Positions 56,367 through 60,642 of a DNA stretch of 60,642 nucleotides are shown here, piece by piece. A model generated the notes under the pieces. The model worked only from the letters and a program-made list of their open reading frames with translations, had not been told where the DNA came from and did no database searches. How positions within the stretch are numbered: the first letter of the stretch is position 1; every line of letters begins with the position of its first letter. The translations under genes were made by a program, and so were the position numbers. The DNA is taken from contig JAYZFK010000037.1 of NCBI GenBank assembly GCA_036336835.1, positions 1 through 60,642 on the forward strand, in the 5' to 3' direction. This DNA is from Myxococcota bacterium (GTDB lineage Bacteria > Myxococcota_A > UBA9160 > UBA4427).

Positions 56367-57442
56367 GTCGCGACCTCCTCGCCGGCGTGCGCGGCCGCCA
56401 CCCTCGATCGGATCCCCTCCGGGTCGAGCAGCGGGCCCAGCCCGAAGCCCGCTTCGTCGCTCGAGATGCCTCCGATCGGCACCACCGGCACGCGACCGAG
56501 GATCGACAGCCGCACGTCGTCGATCATCTGACCCGCGTTCTGCTCGAGCACGGCAACGCGCTGCGCGGAGGCGGTCACCTGCGCCAGCAACTCAGACGGA
56601 AAGGGCCACAGCGTGATCGGGCGCGCAAAGCCGACGCGCATGCCCTCTGCACGCAGCTCGTGGACAGCGAAGCGCGCGAACCGCGCGAGCGATCCGAAGG
56701 CCACCACCACCAGCTCGGCGTCCTCGCAGAATTCGTGGTCCAGCCGCGCCTCCTCGCGGGCCAGCTCGTCCCACTTCGCTTGCAGACGGCGCCAGAACGC
56801 CTCGGGGTCGAGACCCTTCGAGCCCTTCTGCATGCCGAGCGGGTTCAGGTTGCGCGAGCGACCACTCCCGCCGAGTGAGCCGTCGACCGCCCAGTCCTTG
56901 GCAGACAGCTCGCCGAAGTCTCTCGGCTCGACGGCGACCGCTTCGGCCGTGTGTGCCAGCAGGTAGTCGCCGTAGAGCAACACAGGGTTGCGCCAGCGAT
57001 CGGCCAGGTGGAAGGCGAGCTGGGTCAGCTCGACCGCCTCCGCGCTGTCGATGGGTGCCAGCACCAGCTGTCGATAGTCACCGTGGCCCCCGCCGCGCGT
57101 CGCCTGGTAGTAGTCGGACTGGCCACGAGACATGTTGAAGACGACCAGCGGCAGCTCGGCCCGCGACAGCTCGGACAACGACTCCTGCATCAGCGCGAGG
57201 CCCTGGCCCGTCGACCCGGTGGCCGCGCGAGCACCGGTCGCCGCGGCACCCCAGGCCATCCCGACCGCTTCCAGCTCGCTCTCGGCGTTGATGCAGACCC
57301 CGCCCTCGCCGGGCAGCTTGGCCGCGAAGTTCTCGAGCAACTCGGTAAACGGCGTCATCGGATATCCAGCGAAGAAGCGACAGCCCGCCGCAATCGCGGC
57401 CTCGGCGATCGCCTCCGAGCCTTCCATCAGCCGACGGCTCAT
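56363..57442 (-). CDS. 2-oxoacid:ferredoxin oxidoreductase alpha subunit, Vor-like
   Basis: [44 protein letters not shown]. Confidence 0.88.
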   Translation of the reverse strand: MSRRLMEGSEAIAEAAIAAGCRFFAGYPMTPFTELLENFAAKLPGEGGVCINAESELEAVGMAWGAAATGARAATGSTGQGLALMQESLSELSRAELPLVVFNMSRGQSDYYQATRGGGHGDYRQLVLAPIDSAEAVELTQLAFHLADRWRNPVLLYGDYLLAHTAEAVAVEPRDFGELSAKDWAVDGSLGGSGRSRNLNPLGMQKGSKGLDPEAFWRRLQAKWDELAREEARLDHEFCEDAELVVVAFGSLARFARFAVHELRAEGMRVGFARPITLWPFPSELLAQVTASAQRVAVLEQNAGQMIDDVRLSILGRVPVVPIGGISSDEAGFGLGPLLDPEGIRSRVAAAHAGEEVAT

Positions 57443-57690
57443 CGCGGCGACTCCGGCGACGCTTCGCTTCCCTCGAACTGGTACACCGCAAAGCAGAAGT
57501 CGGGACACACCAGCAGGCACGCGCCACAGCCCGTGCAGCCCTCGGTCAGCAGCGGAAACGGCACGCCGAGCGAGTTGTGTTCCTGTGACATGTGCAGCAC
57601 GCGCGGGGGGCAGGCGGGAATGCACAGATCACAGCCCTTGCAGCGCTCGATCTCGATCTCGACCGTGCCGCGACTCACCGCCCGCGTCAC
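57439..57690 (-). CDS. 2x[4Fe-4S] ferredoxin (delta subunit)
   Basis: [12 protein letters not shown] and [13 protein letters not shown]; overlaps both neighbours by 4 nt. Confidence 0.9.
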   Translation of the reverse strand: MTRAVSRGTVEIEIERCKGCDLCIPACPPRVLHMSQEHNSLGVPFPLLTEGCTGCGACLLVCPDFCFAVYQFEGSEASPESPR

Positions 57691-58268
57691 GCCGCACTGG
57701 CCTCGCCGGGCCACGCGGGCTCGGCCTGCCCCGCGAGCAGCTCGAAGCCCGCGTGTAGCGCGCGCTGGTTGGCCTCGACGTGCTGACGCCGGTAGCTGGG
57801 CACACACTCCTCCATCGCCGACACGAGTGATTCGAGAGTCACCAGGCCCGTCGCTCCCGCGAAGCCGGCCGCGAGCACCAGCGACGCGGCCATCGAGCTC
57901 GCAACCCGGTTGGCGACACGCGTCGCCTCGACGCCGAGCACACGCACCCCGGGCAGGTCGAGCTTCGCTTCGAATAGATCCGAGTTCACGAAGGCGAGCG
58001 ACCCCGAGCGCAGCTTCGCCCCGCTCGGCGCGAAGAACCGGTCGTGCATGGCGAGCACGGCCCACGCGCGCGACACGATCGGCGGCGTTCGAATCGGCGC
58101 GTCGGCGATCACGATGCACGAATCGGTACTGCCGCCGCGCATCGTCCCGCCGTAGGTGCCGAGGAGCATCACCTCGCGCCCATCGGCAACTGCCGCGCGC
58201 GCGATCACCTGCGCCGCGAGCTGGACGCCCTGGCCTCCGATGCCGGTGATCAGGATCTCGCGTTCCAT
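57687..58268 (-). CDS. 2-oxoacid:ferredoxin oxidoreductase gamma subunit
   Basis: [24 protein letters not shown]. Confidence 0.88.
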   Translation of the reverse strand: MEREILITGIGGQGVQLAAQVIARAAVADGREVMLLGTYGGTMRGGSTDSCIVIADAPIRTPPIVSRAWAVLAMHDRFFAPSGAKLRSGSLAFVNSDLFEAKLDLPGVRVLGVEATRVANRVASSMAASLVLAAGFAGATGLVTLESLVSAMEECVPSYRRQHVEANQRALHAGFELLAGQAEPAWPGEASAA

Positions 58269-58326
58269 ACACGCAACCATAGGCAGCGTGCGCAGTGCCG
58301 CCAAACGAAGTGAGAACGCAGCGTCG

Positions 58327-59820
58327 TCAACGGCCCGAGAGCAACCTCTCGACGATCAAGGCGCGCTGGATCTGCTGCGTCGCCGCGGTCCGCGGCAGGG
58401 AGTCGAGGAGCTCGAGGCGCCGCGGTTGCTTGAAGCGAGCCAGCCGGTCGGCGCAGTGCGCGCGCAGCTCGTCGAGCGTCGGCGATGTGTCGCGGCGCGA
58501 CACCACGACGGCACAGACGACTTCGCCCCACTGCGGATCGGGCAAGCCGACGATCGCAACCTCCTCGACGTCCGGATGGTCGACCAGCGCGGCCTCCACT
58601 TCGCTCGGCGCCACGGTCTCGCCACCCGTGCGGATCACGTCGCGCAGGCGCCCGACCACCTGCAGGTAGCCGTCCTCGTCGAGCGCACCGAGGTCTCCCG
58701 TGTGGTACCAGCCGTCCCGCATCGCCTCGCGGGTCGCGGCCTCGTTCTCGAAGTAGCCATCCATCAGGAAGGGGCTGCGCAGCAGCACCTCGCCCCGATC
58801 GCCGAGCCGCAGCTCGACACCGGGCACAGCGAGACCCACGCTGCCGGGCTTCGAGAGACAGTCCGCGTCCGGCAGGGCCGTCCCGGCGCCCGCCTCGGTC
58901 GAGCCGTAGTAGATGCGCGTCACCGTGTGCGGCAGTCGCTCCTTCAGCTCGGCCAGCAGCTCGGGCGGAACCGCGGAGGTCCCCGTGTCGGCCTCGTGCA
59001 GGGTTGCAACCTCCTGGGGCTCGAAGCCTCGCTCGAGCAGGCGGGCCCAGATCGCCGGCAAGCCGTACAGGTGGTTCGCGCGCCGGCGCCCGACCGTCGC
59101 GAGGATCGCGTCCGCATCGGGCGATGTCAGGGCGAGCTCGCCCCCCGTCTGCCAGGCGGCCAGCCCGAGGGTGAATGCGGCCATGTGAAACAGCGGGAAC
59201 GGGCACACGCTGATCTCGGGCCCGTCCCGGAATACGCCCTGGAACCCGCGCAGCCAGTTCGCCCGGTGCGAGAGCACGACGCCCTTCGGCAGCCCGGTGC
59301 TGCCGCTGGTGAAGAAGATCACGTGCGGGTCCGTCTCGCGAAGCAGCGGCGCGGCAAACGGCGCGTCGCGAGCCAAACGGGTCAGCTCTGGCAACGACCG
59401 CCCCGGTCCGTCGGAAGCCGCACCCGACTCCCCCAGGCGGAGCAGCGGAACATCGAGATCGCGGGCGACCGTCTCGGCGGCCTCGGCCCGCTCGGCATCC
59501 GCGACTAGCAGGCGCGGCCGGGCGAGCCGGGCCACGGGAGTCACCTCTTCGGGCCCAAAGCGCGCATTCAGCGGGGCGAACACCGCGCCGCACCGGGCGA
59601 GCCCGGCGAACAGGGGAATCACCTCCAGGTGCGTGTCGCACCAGCACGCGATGCGGTCGCCGGCAGCGACACCGAGCCCCTCGAACGTGCTGGCGATGCG
59701 ATCGGCTTGCCCGTCGAGCTCGCGATGCGTGAGCACCCGGTCGCCGAGTGACGCCGCCGGCCGCGCCGGCCGGGCGGCGGCGTTGCGGCGGAACAGATCG
59801 CCGATCAGCAGACCGGGCAT
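58327..59820 (-). CDS. Acyl-CoA synthetase (AMP-binding, class I)
   Basis: FTSGSTGLPKG, YYGSTE, WYHTGDLG, TGGETV. Confidence 0.92.
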   Translation of the reverse strand: MPGLLIGDLFRRNAAARPARPAASLGDRVLTHRELDGQADRIASTFEGLGVAAGDRIACWCDTHLEVIPLFAGLARCGAVFAPLNARFGPEEVTPVARLARPRLLVADAERAEAAETVARDLDVPLLRLGESGAASDGPGRSLPELTRLARDAPFAAPLLRETDPHVIFFTSGSTGLPKGVVLSHRANWLRGFQGVFRDGPEISVCPFPLFHMAAFTLGLAAWQTGGELALTSPDADAILATVGRRRANHLYGLPAIWARLLERGFEPQEVATLHEADTGTSAVPPELLAELKERLPHTVTRIYYGSTEAGAGTALPDADCLSKPGSVGLAVPGVELRLGDRGEVLLRSPFLMDGYFENEAATREAMRDGWYHTGDLGALDEDGYLQVVGRLRDVIRTGGETVAPSEVEAALVDHPDVEEVAIVGLPDPQWGEVVCAVVVSRRDTSPTLDELRAHCADRLARFKQPRRLELLDSLPRTAATQQIQRALIVERLLSGR

Positions 59821-59848
59821 GCTGCCCCCCAGGGTTGCCGTGCCCGGG

Positions 59849-60013
59849 TCATCTGCCGGCAGCCGCTACCGGCTCGACGCCTCGGAGCGCGTTCCGCAGC
59901 CACTCGCCCGGCGCTTCCCTGGCGGCGAAGCGGGGCCGAGCCACACGCCGAGCCAGTACGAGCGCGGCGAACGCGAGCAGCGGGGCGCACAGGACCGCGA
60001 GCGGAATCGGCAT
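59849..60013 (-). CDS. Putative small single-TM protein (54 aa)
   Basis: AAGGAGG 5 nt before ATG; MPIPLAVLCAPLLAFAALVLARR. Confidence 0.45.
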   Translation of the reverse strand: MPIPLAVLCAPLLAFAALVLARRVARPRFAAREAPGEWLRNALRGVEPVAAAGR

Positions 60014-60182
60014 CCGGGCCTCCTTCGGGTCTGGCCGACGCCCCAGAGTATGCGGCCTCCTGGCCGGTCTGGCCGGTCTGGCCACTCGGCACGACCGGCC
60101 GGCGCACTCGCGACGTTGACGCGAGGGGGCGCAACCGAGACGCTAGAGCGGTGCGATGCGCGCTGACGCGGGACGGCCGTCG

Positions 60183-60642
60183 ATGAGCGATCCGGCGGGT
60201 TCGCTGCGCCGCGCTGCGGCATTGCTCGCTGGCACCGCAGCCATCGCGCTCGCGCTGCTGGTCTTCGCGCGCGAGCCGATCGACGTCGCAGCCTACGTGC
60301 GGCGCGCAGCGTTCTCGACGCTCGTGTTCTGGCTCCTGTTCGGGCTCGGCTGGTACTTCGAGCGCGGCGCACAGCGCGCCTGCGAGGGCATCCTGCGCGT
60401 CCCGATCTGGGTCTGGGCGGCTCTCGTCTTCGTCGCCGCCGTGGTCGCCGAGTCGCAGGTGTTCGACGCGATCCCACACACGAGCGACGAGGCGGCCTAT
60501 CAGTTCCAGGCTCGCGCGCTCGCCCACGGCCGTCTGGGCTTCGATCCGCCCCCCCGCCTGGAGTTCTTCAAATTAGTGCACCAGAGCGGCGCAGGCGGCG
60601 TGTGGCACGGCATCATTAAACCCGGATGGCCGGCACTGCTTG
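60183..60642 (+). CDS. GT-C (ArnT/PMT-like) membrane glycosyltransferase, 3'-partial
   Basis: Own translation of a frame open to the window end: TM helices then PHTSDEAAYQFQARALAHGRL..PGWPALL; absent from the ORF track because it has no stop. Confidence 0.75.
   Translation, partial: MSDPAGSLRRAAALLAGTAAIALALLVFAREPIDVAAYVRRAAFSTLVFWLLFGLGWYFERGAQRACEGILRVPIWVWAALVFVAAVVAESQVFDAIPHTSDEAAYQFQARALAHGRLGFDPPPRLEFFKLVHQSGAGGVWHGIIKPGWPALL

Noticed and set aside
60560..60642. AT-rich codons (AAA TTA, ATT AAA) at the window end
   Set aside because: Too short, and at the sequence edge where base quality may be low; no structure evident.

Overview
High-GC bacterial chromosomal window with about 55 genes; no tRNA, rRNA, CRISPR array or transposase/integrase was recognised. 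Gene content suggests a Myxococcota-like organism, but that is inference only. Main blocks: (1) an unusual minus-strand run nuoB - lipoyl E2 acyltransferase - lipB - nuoI - nuoC - nuoD - DUF1285-like, i.e. only the quinone-reducing module of complex I, interleaved with lipoyl-enzyme genes; (2) pcs, hemH, hemG/Y, hemE, ispH; (3) clpS-clpA with a divergent FemAB-like GNAT, a Ser/Thr kinase and a lipoprotein; (4) lpdA-lipA, an OprO/P porin, MalY/PatB and a CDF transporter; (5) TetR with tandem operators, a diiron ferritin-like enzyme, an SDR-hydrolase fusion and DUF938; (6) aceE-aceF-tupBCA; (7) LLM oxidoreductase, alkylsulfatase and an APH-family kinase; (8) an envelope-modification cluster (YfhO, GT-C-like, two SGNH, membrane spermidine-synthase-like, lipoprotein FkbM-like) containing a 59-bp perfect direct repeat; (9) acyl-CoA ligase, a divergent four-subunit 2-oxoacid:ferredoxin oxidoreductase and an amidohydrolase. 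Sequence-level oddities: an AT-rich synonymous patch inside hemE, probable CTG and ATC start codons, several leaderless-type -10 boxes, and a G-rich hexamer repeat. All calls come from reading motifs by eye; no database search was run.
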